A stretch of 64,000 nt of DNA, from NCBI RefSeq assembly GCF_009914755.1, contig NC_060939.1; one strand, 5' to 3'. Each line of letters opens with the position of its first letter. The first letter of the stretch is position 1. Origin of the DNA: the human T2T-CHM13v2.0 reference genome, Homo sapiens. A program made the position numbers and the translations under genes. Under the pieces are notes generated by a model. It had not been told where the DNA came from, made no database searches, and saw only the letters and a list, made by a program, of their open reading frames with translations. Shown one piece after another: positions 13,895 to 27,541 of this stretch.

Positions 13895-15479
13895 AGTTTT
13901 TCAAACTGAATTTGACCGTGAAGCTTTTTTTTCCTAAAGCAGATGGAGGGACTTGAGCCTAAAAAGATGCTAATCTAGGCACGGGCCCAGGTTGAGCCTG
14001 CAGCAGGAATACAGCAGCTGCACCCAGGCCAAGGGGCAAGGGGAGACCCCACCAGGTAGGGCTTAAAATCCTAAATCTCAAATGAACTCACTGACCCAGC
14101 AAGCGCTCTCCAAGCCCCACATCTCACATCTGTAACCTTCCCTCTAAAGGCTGGCCATGCTGGGTACTCATTTTCTTCCTTTTTCTGTGGATTAGAAGAC
14201 AACAATGAGGTAGAACATTCAGTGGAGTTCACTGTGGGGTGGGGTGGGGCTCTGACCCCAGGGGATTCCTGCCTCTCCACTTGTTCCCTATCCATACCTG
14301 GCCACCTGCCTCCCCTATGTGAGCTGAGGGCCTAACCCTCTGTTGTTCCCTGGCCTGTTGGGTGACTCCAGTGGGTGCCAGTCCCCTGGAAGACTTGGAC
14401 TAGCACCAATGGGGGTGAACAGCAGCCCCCTGGAGCTGAGTAAAGAGGTGCCCTGCTTGCATGCTTGTCTCTGTCGCCTGACTTCACTGCCCCATCCATG
14501 GGCATCACCCCCACCCCAGACTCACGTGACCCAGCCAGGTGCTTTGTTCTCCCCCATCCCCCTAAAGCAGCCTTGTTCTGAGATTCCCACTTGTTTCCTA
14601 AACGCAACCCAAGTGGGTCTCTGTTGTGACTTGTCAATATTTTGACAGAGGGTCTCCTGGTGTGGGAGACCTGATTGCTTAGATTGCCTCCACACCCACT
14701 CCTGAGCGGGAGGAGGGTTAGGAGTGGGGATGGCTTCATTAGCGAAGGAGGAGCCTAGCCCTCGGGTTAGCGCCTCGGCCTCCTGCAGCCCCATCTAGGC
14801 CCTCCCCATCTGCCCTCTTCTCTGGATCTGCCTTCTCAGTGACCCAGGGACTCCCGGGTTTGCACACAGCAGGGTCAGCAAGACTTATGTACACCAGATA
14901 AGGCTGATGCTTCAGCGGTTGGAAAACAGGACTCCCACCCCCTCCTAAGTCACTGCAAGTACTGCACAGAATGACTCGCCCTTGGATGCACACAGCAATT
15001 GATCAAGGTTATTTGCATATTTCCTCTCAGCCCCCTGGGGATTGCAGAGGCATTTAGAAGACCTTAGAGATGGTCCTGTCTCACTTAAAATCAAGCCCAA
15101 TCCCTAGCCTTGGCCTACAGGCCCCCAAGCTGGCTGGTATCCCCTCCTCCTCACATCATTCTCCCCTCCTCCACCTCCCTGCAGCCCCTGGCCTCTCACT
15201 TCCTTCAGGACTTTTGCCCTCTCGGTCCCCCTGCCCAGGTGCTCTTCCCACAGGGCTTTGCATGGCTGGTTCATTCTGGTCATGCAAGTTCAAATGTCAC
15301 CTCCTCTTGGGAAGCTTTTCTTTTTGTGCCCATCTGATTTAAAGAAAACAAACACCCCCACTCCCATCCCCTGCATTTTTCTTTAACTTATCATTATCTA
15401 GAAATTCTGGCTGGTCAGTTTCCTTGGTGATTCTCTGCCCTCCTGAGCTCCACAAAGAGCACTCCTTCTCACTGCACCA

Positions 15480-15716
15480 AGGGGAGTGAGGAGGTCATGG
15501 CCAGTTTCTCCTGTCTCCACTTCCCTTCCTGAGACAGGGACCTTTTCTCCCTTGGTTCTCCAAGATGGTTTCTATAGAACATGCCTTCCAAGGCCAGCAA
15601 CAGGCTTTGTAGGTGAAAAGGATCTCATCCCTCAGAGAAAGTCAAGGTTGAACAAAATTAACCCTAGTTAATTTTGGGTCCCTTCTTAATATGCTGATGG
15701 ACCTTGGAAATCTCCA
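15480..15716 (+). repeat. Local direct duplication, copy 2
   Basis: Matches 13645-13894 with scattered substitutions and one ~13-bp indel near the 3' end. Confidence 0.92.
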
Positions 15717-17916
15717 TGCAGCAAAAGCTGCATGGGACATGAGCCCCATCTGTCTTGGTCACTCTGTGTCTCCAGCACCTAGGAAATGCTTGGCACACAG
15801 TAGGTGGTCAAGAAAAGTTTGTTGGCTGGACAAATAACTTCAGAGCTTTTCAAACCATGCTTCAGAGTCCGCGGGGGTCAGTCCATGATACCCCATGGGG
15901 GCTAGAGAGGTGGGTCAAGAAGTGTACAGCCACATTCTATTAGAACATCTCCAGTTTTCTGTCTTTTGAAAGCCACTGATATGTTGCACTCTGCTCTTGT
16001 CATATATAGGAAATCTGGGACTCAGAAAAGAATATGTCTTTACTGTGGCCATGGCTCAGGGACTCTGCACAGTCAGAATGGCCACCACCTGGGCCAGCTC
16101 ATGTTCTGCCACCAGTGACCCAACTGAGGAGAGGGATGGCCACTTCCATATGCCAACCCCAAATCTCCCCAGCTTCTCTCAGTAGTTCGTGATGACTCAA
16201 ACATCGTCAGGGAGGAGCTGCTTTTAGGAATAAATGTATAGTTTTAGGTGCTACCACCTTTGGGGCCTTATCACTACTGGGCTACCCAGCATGTGCCAGG
16301 GCCATCTTTCACCTCATTTCCTTTACATCTTTTGAGCCGCAGGGTCCTAGCACCTCTGTGCCACAGTAGGAAGCAGGTCAGGCAGTGGGGCTAGGATGGA
16401 GAATAAGATGTAGTCTCCCTGGCTACTCAGCCTTCGTGACTTTGTAGATCTCAGTGAGCACCTCTTCTCAGCCACTAGGGTCCACACTGAATATCTGTCA
16501 CCTCACCTCCAGAATAATCTGCTTCTGTCCTCTCCAGCTCCATGCCCTGGGGACCTCCCCTGACCCTCCAGCTCCCTCTGGTCTCTCCTCAGTTGTGATG
16601 GTGACTCTGGCACATTGGTACCTACATATTTATTCCTAGTTCCCCTCCTGATGACATCTAGTGCTTAGACTCACAAAAGAATCCATTCAGCCATTGTCTT
16701 CCAGGAGTGGATGGGATAGAAGGGCTCCAGGCTCACCAAAGTGACTTCGTCAGCAGCCATCCCTCATCAGCAGTGTGACCTTGACAGAGTTGATTAGTCT
16801 TGCTGTGCCTCGTTTTCCTCATCTGTGAATTGGGTATAATGACTCCTTCCCGATAGATTTGTTGGGAGGGTAAAATGAGATAATATAGCTAAACCACAGT
16901 ACCTCCCACAGAGCAAGGGCTCTCAAAACAGTAACTGCTGTAAATCATGAACATTCCCAGACCCGTTCCTGGTATCTCTGAACCTGAATTTTTGGATGAT
17001 CATGACTGCCTCCTCTTGCCCAAACTGAAGTTTCTCAGCTGCTTTTCTGCCTACTTATGCTCTTAAGATAGTCTTACCATCCTGGAGCAGAAAGGGGCCT
17101 CAGGAATGCAAGAAGAGCCACATGCTGTCTGCCACCCTGCAGCTAGCTGAGGGACAGGACAGATGACGAAAGCCAGGGCTGGCTCCTGATAGGCCTGGAA
17201 AGTGTGGCAGGTTCTGCTGTACACAGGGCTCCCACAATGCATCACTCCAGAGGGCGCCATTCCATTGTGGTCCATGGGAATAGCGACTCCTCGAGTTGTG
17301 CCAGTGTGCAGCCTTTGCAATTGATTGTACCCGACTCCTTCAACCCTTCTCTGGGACTGCGCTGCAGATGTTGTACTACAAAGGCTGGATCAACAAGAAC
17401 TCCTCTTCAGGTGTCATAGCTGCTAGCCAGCATGTCCATGCTATCAGGAAGCTTGTGAGGCAGGAGGTGCTGGTGCAGGGCTGGGGGCTGCCTCTGGCCC
17501 TACCGAACTCTGCCTCCATCCCCTGTCCTCCTCTCCTGGGACTAGGGAGTGGGGAATCCTAAATGTACCAGAAGAACCTTTGGTGGTTCTCAGCCAGTTA
17601 AGGTGGCTGAACAGACTCAGTTCTACCTCCAGCTGAAACTTTGGTTTTTCTTGTCCTGTGTGGACCCCAGAAAAAAAAAAAAAAAGATGCTCTGAGTCCA
17701 GACAGGACAGAAATCCGGAAAAAACATTCACTTCTTGTTTTTTCCTTAATAAAAGGGAGGATCTGGAATATGGTTCTCCCCTCTCTTGGTTCCACTAGAA
17801 ATAGAGAGCCCACGTTGTGTATCAGTGGGAATGGAAGGGGAGGTCCTGTGGTAGCTTGAGGGTCAGGAAGCCAGGCCAAGAAAGCCACAAAGATTGGATT
17901 CCAAGTAGAAGGGGAA

Positions 17917-18214
17917 GACCAGGCGCAGTGGCTCATGCCTGTAATCCCAGCACTTTGAGAGGCCGAGGTGGGAGGATCACTTGAGGTCAGGAGTTTGAGA
18001 CCAGCTTGGGCAACATGGAGAAACCTCGTCTCTACTAAAAATATAAAAATTAACTGGGTGAGGCAGCAGGCACCTGTAATCCCAGCTACTTGGGAGACTA
18101 AGGTACAAGAATTGCTTGAACCCAGGAGGAGGAGGTTACAGTGAACTGAGATCATGCCACTGCACTCCAGCCTGGGTGACAGAGCGAGACTCCAACTCAA
18201 GAAAAAAAAAAAAA
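17917..18214 (+). mobile_element. Alu (S-type)
   Basis: Dimeric Alu with A tail; flanking AAGTAGAAG duplicated. Confidence 0.93.
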
Positions 18215-18465
18215 GTAGAAGTGCAGAAGAGAAAGGTCTTAAAAAAAAAAAAACCATCAAGAACAATTTCAAGACATGAAATGTTCTGCACTGATTAAAA
18301 AAAAAAAAAAAAAAAAAAAAAGAAGGAGCCATTGAGATCAGACATAGGAAATAGTTTTCCTGAGAAATCTAAGCGACCCTGAGGTTGACTACCAAGTAAG
18401 ATTGGGGACTGTTGTTTATAAAGAAGTTTTTAGATTAGTAGTAGTGTTATAATAAAAAGTTACCT

Positions 18466-18936
18466 TGTATTCATTTCCTAGGCCTGCCATAACAAAGTGC
18501 CACAAACTGAGTAGCTTAAAACAATAGACATTTATAGTCTCACAGTCTTGGAGGCCAGAAGTCTGAAATCAAGCCATTGGCAGGGCCATGCTCCCTCTGA
18601 AACCTATGGGAAATCCTTCCTTGCCCCTTCCTGGCTTCTGGTGGCAGCTGTCAATCTTTGGTGTTCCTTGGCTTGCAGCTGCGTCACTCCCATCTCTGCC
18701 TCGGCTGTCACTTGGTGATCTCCCTGTGTGTCTGTATTTCCACAAGGACATCTTCCCCTCCAATAAGGACACCAGCTATATTGGACTAAGGGGCCATCCT
18801 AACAACCTCATCTTAACTTGATTACATCTGCAAAGACCTTGTTTCCAAATAACGTCACATTCACAGGCAATGGGGGTTCAGGCTTAGACATAAGGTATCT
18901 TTTTTTGGTGGGAGGGACTCAGTTCAACATATAACA
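18466..18936 (-). mobile_element. MaLR solo LTR (MLT1B/C-like)
   Basis: TGTATT..TTTCCTAGG.CTGCCATAACAAA...CACAAACT...TTGATTACATCTGCAAAGACC.TGTTTCCAAATAA.GTCACATTCACAGG. Confidence 0.8.
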
Positions 18937-19633
18937 CCCTTTATTGACTTGCTGTCAATGTATTTAGACCTGTGCTTCATCAAAGGGATTTAAGGGAAGT
19001 CATTCTCTTGGGGGAGATGGATTAAACAAATGATGTATTCTCCCATCGGTCAGTGCTTTTATGCTAACTAGAGACTGGGCAGGTTGAGTAGAAAGTGTTT
19101 GAATGCCATTGTATGATCTGAGCTGAAATCTGGTGTGCACATACTTCACACTGAAGCAGCAGAAAGCTCTGTGAAATAGGTCTAATTATTCCCATTTTAT
19201 AGATAACAACACTGAGACATAGCTGGTAAGTGGTAGGACCAGGACTTGAACTCATGACTCTGATTCCAAAGTTCATGGTTGCCTGGCTGTTCCATGCACT
19301 ATGCTTAGAGAAAAGGCAAATTTCTCAGTCTTTACTCACATACCCTGATATCTACCATAAGAAAAAGAAGCAAAGAGGCCTGTTACCCAGAATGGGCCCC
19401 ATGGATCAAGGTATGTGTGTAAGCTCCTGTTTATTTCAACGCACCATGCCCAAGAACTTCATATGGATTCCTTCAGCTCAGAGTCAGAGCCACCTTCAGG
19501 AGACAGAGGCTGTGAGCGAGAAAAACTTTGAGCCCCAAATCTGTTGAACACAGTAACAGAAGAAAATTCTGTTTCCCACCATCTGATTCTCAAGAGTTTT
19601 AACACACCAGGAGCCTACTCCCTTCCCCACTGA

Positions 19634-20082
<449 letters not shown>

Positions 20083-20175
20083 AAATGTAGATTTTTTTTT
20101 AAAGGATATAAAATTCACTTTATTTTTAGAGACAGATTTCCTTTAAAAATAATAAAGGACATCATAGAAAATTTA

Positions 20176-20551
<376 letters not shown>

Positions 20552-21446
20552 CTATAGACTTACCACCCAAAGATAACCAGAGTTAAATTTCTGTCTGTCT
20601 TTCCTGTCTTTTTCCCATTGAATAGATATACAGAAAAATAGAATGGAATTGTATTCTATGTGTTATTTTGCAGTTTACTTTTTGTGCTTAATGATATAGC
20701 ATGAACATGTTTCCAAGTAAGTAAACAGTTTTCCTTACTTGACTATTCTATGTGCCAGGCTCTCTACCAGAGACAGGAAGGGATAGAAAAGATGGGATAG
20801 AAGTTTTCTCTGCTCTCAGGGAGCCCACAGTCTAGGTAGGAGAGAGCCATGTCTGCAATGAAAAGTACTTGTCAGTAGAATGCAAAGAGCCCTAGTTCTT
20901 TGCCCCAGCACTGCATCTGATAACACAACTGTGAGTGCATTCTTCCATAAGGGAAAATCTGCACAGTTGCTCCCACCAAGTCTGAATGGATTTGAGGTTC
21001 AGCTGCAATGCAGTGGTGTGCCATTGGGAGAAAGAATACTTTAGTGAGAAATTCCGCAGGTTCTCCTCCTGGTAGGTGTGTGTCCTCAGTGAGCCAGAGA
21101 CAAGAGACCCAAATTTGCCATTCCCAGAGTTGGCCCCAGTTCCCTTGTTTCTCTTATGGTGTGAGCACCTTGAGGCACCAAGCATGTGTCTGGTGTTTGA
21201 TGATATTTATTTCTCATACGATATGGCCCTCATAGCAAGCCAATTAATTTATTGGCCACTCAAATACTCAATAGTCTGACTCAGCAATGGAAGGCAGATG
21301 GTTGTGTTGGACTCATTGGAAGATAACATGGGGGTCTCCAATATGGTGCCTTCCTCCAAGATTTTCAAGGGGAATTTTGATCGTACCTGGTTTCTGACTT
21401 GTGTGGAGCTTTAGGGGCCAACCCCATGAAGAGATTCAGTTTGGCA

Positions 21447-21580
21447 TGGTGAAAAGCATTCTGGAGATGGATGGTGATAATGGTTGCATAACAATGTGAA
21501 TACGCGATGCCACTGAACTGTACATTTTTAGAAGATTAAGATGATAAATTTTATGTTATGTATATTTTACCACAATTTAG
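21447..21580 (+). mobile_element. L1M 3'-end fragment
   Basis: TTCTGGAGATGGATGGTG...ACAATGTGAAT...GCCACTGAACTGTACA...AAATTTTATGTTATGTATATTTTACCACAA, typical of an old L1 3' UTR. Confidence 0.75.
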
Positions 21581-22120
21581 GAGAAAACATAATCAATTTT
21601 TTAAAGTAAGGAAAGGTAGCTTCCTAGTGAGGATAATGTCTTTGGAGAAACCCTGACTGGAAGGAACTGAGAGGCAGCAGACAGCATGAGTCCCCAGAAG
21701 GCACTTTTGTGAGGGCAGCTGCTCTGGCATCCTGTTGGGAGGCTATTAAGCACTATAATCCGGACAGCCTTGCAGGGGACAGTCACACAGCCAGTACAGG
21801 CTGGCAGAGGACTGGGGACATGCCAGAGACAGCTGGAAAGGAAGGAAACAAAGTGTCGGGGGGCAACATCATGTCAAGGTTTTGCAGCTCTTCAGTGACT
21901 GCTCTGGGACAGGTAGGCTGTTAGAGGGAGGTCTTTGAGGGGCTTAGGGAGCAAGTCTCTCCTCTTCTGGGGTTGGAGGCCTTATTCTGCAGCCCTGAGG
22001 TACCTTGGTTCTTTGAGTCAAATCTGATGTTGAACTCGCTCCATGTGGAGAACCCGTCTGTAGCAGGCACTGAGCAAATGTCTGTTAATTGAATCCATGA
22101 TTTAAATGAAATCTGGAGTT

Positions 22121-22411
22121 GGCTGGATTCAGGGACTCATGCCTGTAATCCCAACACTTTGGAAGGTTGAGGTGGGGGAATTGCTTGAAGTCAGAAGTCT
22201 GAGAGCAGCCTGGGCAACATAATGAGACTCTCGTCTCTACAAAAAAAAAAAAAAAAATAGCTTGGTGTGGTGGCTCACACCTGTAGTTCCAGCTACTCAG
22301 GAGGCTGAGACAGGAAGATCACTTGAACCCAGGAATTGAAGGCTGCAGTGAGCTATGATCTCACCACTGCACTCCAGCCTGGGTGACACAGCAAGACCCT
22401 ATCTCTAAAAA
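22121..22411 (+). mobile_element. AluJ-like element
   Basis: Diverged Alu dimer containing GAAGGCTGCAGTGAGCTATGAT. Confidence 0.88.
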
Positions 22412-23409
22412 ACATTTTTTTAATTAAAAAAAATTAATCTGGGGGCACAGTTATCAAAGGCCCTTTGAGGACTAGAACAAACCTCCAAGGGGTACTATCT
22501 TCAGCCCCTAGCATCATTCCTGGCACACACATGGGAAGCAGGGAACTAGTTGAGAGCCCAGCTTTTGGAGTCAGACCAATCCGGGTTTGAATTCTGGCTC
22601 TACCACTCACTGGCTGAGGGAGATGAGATAAGTTATTTACCCCCTCTGAGCCTCTGTCCCCTTGGTTCTAAAATAGGACTAATCACAGTGTGCCCCTCCC
22701 AGGACTATTGTGAGCATTAAACGAGATGAGGCTTATGTTCAAAATGCTGCTGGGCACCATGCTGGCATGGACTCAAGCCTGGATATATGCAATTTTTAAA
22801 GGACGTAGTTGTGATAGGTGCTCACAGATGAGTTATAGACCCAAGGATGAATAAAACCCAGTGCATGCTCCTCCCAGTCAGTCTCCTTGCAGAGGCAGAC
22901 AGGTGCTACAGGCAGCACGTGCTCCTGCTGTGATCGAGGACGGCAAACTGGATCATAATAGGAACATGATGGGGGACTTCATGGAGGAAGGGCCCACCAC
23001 CAAAGATCGTGAGGACTGTAGTTTCTCCCTGATACATACCTGAGTCATTCCTTGAAACCCTGAGAGCCTATTCATCACCTACAGAATGAAGTCAATTTCT
23101 ATAGCCCAATCTTGGAGGCCTCTTCAGAATCTGGCCCCACTTTGTTTCTAACTTTATTTAATGCTACACCACTTGGACCTGCTCCTTTCTCCCTGCCTTG
23201 TGTGTTCAGTCTCTTACTCTTAGAAGGCCCTTTCCCCACCTCTACATGTCATATTGTACCTGTCCATCAAGGCTAAACTCAAATCCTACCTCTTTTTTGA
23301 AGCTCTCCCAGGTCTCCCAAATCAGATGATGCAGATTCTGCATCCTCTCAACTCCCAGAGCCCGCTCTCTCTGCCCCTCATTGAGAAGGGCTCTCCTTGT
23401 ATTGTAGGA

Positions 23410-24079
23410 ATTTTTTTTGAGATAAGGTCTTTCTCCATTGCCCAGGCTGGGGTGAAGTGGTTGCATTAGTCCATTCTCACGCTGCTAATAAACACATACC
23501 CAAGACTGGGTAATTTATAAAGGAAAGAGGTTTAAATGACTCACAGTTTAGCACAGCTGGGAAGGCCTCAGGAAGCATACAATCATGGTGGAAGGGGAAG
23601 CAAACACATCCTTCTTCACATGATGGCAGGAAGGAGAAGTGCTGAGCAAAGGGGGAAAAGCCCCTTATAAAACTATCAGACTTCATGAGAACTCATCACT
23701 ATCAAGAGAACAACATGAGGGTAATCACTCCCATGATTCGATTACCTCCCACTGGGTCCCTCCCATGATATATGGGAATTATGGGAACTACAACTGAAAA
23801 TGAGATTTGGGTGGAGACACAGCCAAACTATATCAGTGGCACAACCAGGGTTCACTGCAGCCTTGACCTCCCAGGCTCATGCGATCCTCCTACCTCAGCC
23901 TCCCGAGTAGCTGGAACCACAGTTGCATACCACCATGGCTGGTTAGTGTTGTAGAGACAGGGGGAAGGGTTGGGGGATGAGGGGTGGTCTCCCTAAGTTG
24001 TCGGGGATGATCTCCCTATGTTGTCCAGGCTGGTCTCAAACTCCTGGGCTCAAGCAATCCTCTGGCTTTGGCCTCCCAA
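23410..24079 (-). mobile_element. AluJ-like element interrupted by a THE1 LTR
   Basis: Alu pieces at 23410-23461 and 23836-24079; TSD TATTGTAGGA at 23400-23409 and 24080-24089. Confidence 0.85.
23462..23835 (-). mobile_element. THE1-family MaLR solo LTR
   Basis: TG.ATTAGTCCATTCTCACGCTGCTAATAAA.ACATACCC...GAGATTTGGGTGG.GACACAGCCAAAC.ATATCA; 5-bp TSD GTGGT/GTGGC. Confidence 0.9.
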
Positions 24080-24404
24080 TATTGTAGGATTTATTCCCCC
24101 ATTGCATCCCTGCCTCACACAGTGAGCCCCTGGGGGTAGATTCACAGCTGGTCCATCTATAGTTCCCTGTCAGCACCTGCTACAGAGTCTTCCATATGGT
24201 GAGTGTTTGACAGAGGAAAGGAAAGAGGAGGAAAGGCAAGAAGTGCTTGGAACTTTTCTGGATGAAAGGCAATTATTCCTGCCATGTGAGGTCCAGAAAG
24301 AAGGCTGTCCCAAGGAGGGAAAGCAGTGTCACTGAAGGATGCCCATGGGATGAAGAGGTCTTGTTCACTGTCCACTCAGCCAACACTGAACCATCCTGGC
24401 CAGG

Positions 24405-24977
24405 ATGTACTGACCTCATGGATCAGGGTGGGAGGTGTCCAAGTCCACCCTCTGGTTCAGTAATTTGCTAGAAGGGCTCACAGAACTCAGCAAAACTGTT
24501 ACACTCACAGTTACGGTTTATTACAGCAAAAGGATACAGATGAAAATCAGCAAAGGGAAGAGGCACAAAGGGCAGGGGCCAGGAGAGACCAGGCATGAGC
24601 TTCCAGTTGTCCTCTTCTAGAGGAGTCATGCAGACAGCATTGCCTTCTCCCAGAAATAATATGTGCAACATCCACAGAGTCTTGCTAACCAGGGAAGCTC
24701 ACCTGAGCCTTGGTATTCAGGGGTTATACTGCGGTGTGGTCATATAGACATGGCTGACCTTAGTCTCCAGTCCCTCCAGAGGTCAGGTTGATACCTCGTG
24801 CCCCAAGGTCCCCACCGTACATCACACCATTAGCCTAGGCCATCCAGCATGGCCCAAGCCTCCCACATAAACAGATTCTTATTAGACAGGACATTCCAAG
24901 GGCTTAGAGGTTGCCTCCTGGCAGCCAGGGTCAAGGGCCCAACCTTTCTTCGGGCAAAGTTAATCCTTTGCTGCACA
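24405..24977. mobile_element. LTR fragment (MER21-like)
   Basis: CTCACAGAACTCAG.AAA...GGTTTATTACAGC.AAAGGATACAGAT.AAAATCAGC motif; TG...CA ends. Family from recall. Confidence 0.6.
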
Positions 24978-25110
24978 GAAGGACTGCTCTGTGAATGCCC
25001 TGAAATCATACAGAAAATCCCAGGAGCGTGAACACTATTTCCTAAGAACTGTGTCCATAGCTTCCATCAGCTCTCAAAGAGAACCATGATCCAAGGAGCT
25101 AACTACATGT

Positions 25111-25373
<263 letters not shown>

Positions 25374-26682
25374 GCTAACTACATGTGTTCTATGAGGTGA
25401 GGTCCTTCCCAGACCCTGGAATCAGGGGTTGCAATTAGGGTCCAAATAATGAGGTTGGACTACAGATAACCCATCTCCTTTCTTACCTTTGACTAGATCC
25501 AAGGACTAAACTCCAAGAACCCGAGCATCTGTCCCCAAAACTGAAAGGATTGGACTAGTCACCCCTTGTTTCCCTACAGCCACATCCCAGGCACCTGGCC
25601 CTTGCTTTGTCCAGAAATTCAGCTATAACTCCACACATCTGATGGCCCTTTCTGGCAAGCAGGCATTTCCATCAGGACCCTCAGCTGCCAGACACATTTA
25701 CTGGAGGTCACTTATTAAACCTGGGCTCAATTTCCACACAGGGAGGCTACTGAAGCATCACACTGGGTCTCCCAGCCCCTTCTCATAGAGGAAAGATCTC
25801 TCTGTCCTGCAGGGTTGGCAGTCAGCGCCAAGTAAAGGGAATTTAGCTCTTGGCCCAAGATCCCTGCCCAGGAAAGGTACTTGCGCCTGCTGGAAACTTT
25901 GGGCTGAAGTATACTCCTTTCCAAAAACTCAGGTCTGATATTTACACAAAGTCTGAAATTAATGCAGAGAAAACTTCCAAGTGCTTGGACTGGAGCAGAA
26001 GGCTGAGAACAGGAAGGGGCTGGTCCCTGGTACTAGTTTTGGTTTTTTGGTGGTTTTTTTTTTTCTTGTTTTTTCTCACAGAACAGGGCAAAGCTGAGTG
26101 TCCCTGGATGAGTGAAGCAGGAGGATTAATCATGCCCAGTGCTTCTCCACTTTAAACTGGTTTTCCTGGGAATTTGCAATTGAGAGTGGGGAGGGGTAAG
26201 AATCGTGGGAAAAGGCTGATGGTGTTCAGCCAAATTCATCCTTCACGTGCCCACCCTTCTACAGGCACATGCTTTGGGGCCATCCACGGCTGCAGCCACC
26301 CCATCCTTAGGAAGCACCACTGGCCTTCCTTTCCGGTACCTGGACTCAGCATCACTCCCAGCCTCTTGGAGATGCAGCCTTCATTCAGCACACAGCTCAG
26401 CTCTGAGTTCTGTTTTTGTCCCTAGATGTCTCTGGGGTCACCTACTACTCCCTGCTTGGTGGCCCAGGCCCATCCTTCTCCACTCTTGCACCTCTTTTAG
26501 CAGAAAAGGAGTGAGAATGGATATTTCCATGGGCCGTGTGTGCACTCCCGGCTACCCCTGACAGCTCTACTCAGAGCTACCCTCCCTCCTGGGGCTTCTT
26601 ATGTGTTCTAAGGCTGAGGCAGGAAGACTGTGAGATCAGGTGACACTCAACAGTTATGATCGGTCTTAAGATTAACAGTCCT

Positions 26683-26986
26683 GGCCGGGCGCAGTGGCTC
26701 ACGCCTGTAATCCCAGCACTTTGGGAGGCCGAGGCAGGCAGACCACGAGATCAGGAGATCAAGACCATCCTGGCTAACACAGTGAAACCCCGTCTCTACT
26801 AAAAATACAAAAAATTAGCCAGGCGTGGTGGCGGGCACCTGTAGTCCCAGCTACTCAGGAGGCTGAGGCAGGAGAATGGCGTGAACCCAGGAGGCGGAGC
26901 TTGCAGTAAGCCAAGATTGCGCCACTGCACTCCCGGGTGACAGAGCGAGACTCCGTCTCAAAAAAAAAAACAACAACAACAACAAA
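26683..26986 (+). mobile_element. AluY-like element
   Basis: 15-bp TSD AAGATTAACA(G/C)TCCT; tail with (CAA)n. Confidence 0.95.
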
Positions 26987-27049
26987 AAGATTAACACTCC
27001 TTCTACTTCCAAACCTAATACAAAGGGACATTGCCTAGTGATTAAGAGA

Positions 27050-27200
27050 ATTCATTCATTCAACAAATACTTGTTGAGCACCTACTATGTGCCAAGCACT
27101 GTTCTAGGCACCGGAAATACAGCAGTGAGAAAAACCAAAAAAACTCCCTGCCCTCATGGGGTGTATATTCAAGTAGCTGAAACAGACAGTGAACAAACAA
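27050..27200 (-). mobile_element. L2 3'-end fragment
   Basis: TTCATTCATTCAACAAATA.TT.TTGAGCACCTACTATGTGCCA.GCACTGTTCTAGG. Confidence 0.8.
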
Positions 27201-27236
27201 AAAAGGACAATAATTTCAAATAATAATGATGCTATC

Positions 27237-27541
27237 GGCCAGGTGTGGTGGCTCATGCCTATAATCCCAGCATTTTGGGAAGCCAAGTCAAGCGGATTAC
27301 CTGAGGTCAGGAGTTCAAGAACAGCCTGGCCAGCATGGTGAAACCCCATCTCTACTAAAAATACAAAAATTAGCCAGACATGGTGGCACACACCTGTAAT
27401 CCCAGCTACTTGGGAGGCTGACGCAGGAGAATTGCTTGAGCCCGGGAGGTGGAGGTTGCAGTGAGCCAAGATCTGACAGGCCTTCAGCACCACTGCACTC
27501 TAGACTGGCTGACAGAGCGAGACTCTGTCAAAAAAAAAAAA
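27237..27541 (+). mobile_element. Alu (S-type) with a 13-bp non-Alu insert at 27474-27486
   Basis: Alu dimer; TGACAGGCCTTCA interrupts the GATC|GCACCACTG segment. Confidence 0.92.

Noticed and set aside
12371-14024. Identical 16-mer ATACAGCAGCTGCACC at 12371 and 14009
   Set aside because: One 16-mer match within 64 kb is roughly expected by chance; no extended similarity.
17598-18332. 244-aa minus-strand ORF and similar ORFs at 27104, 46934 and 55980
   Set aside because: Read-through of antisense Alu and poly-T sequence.
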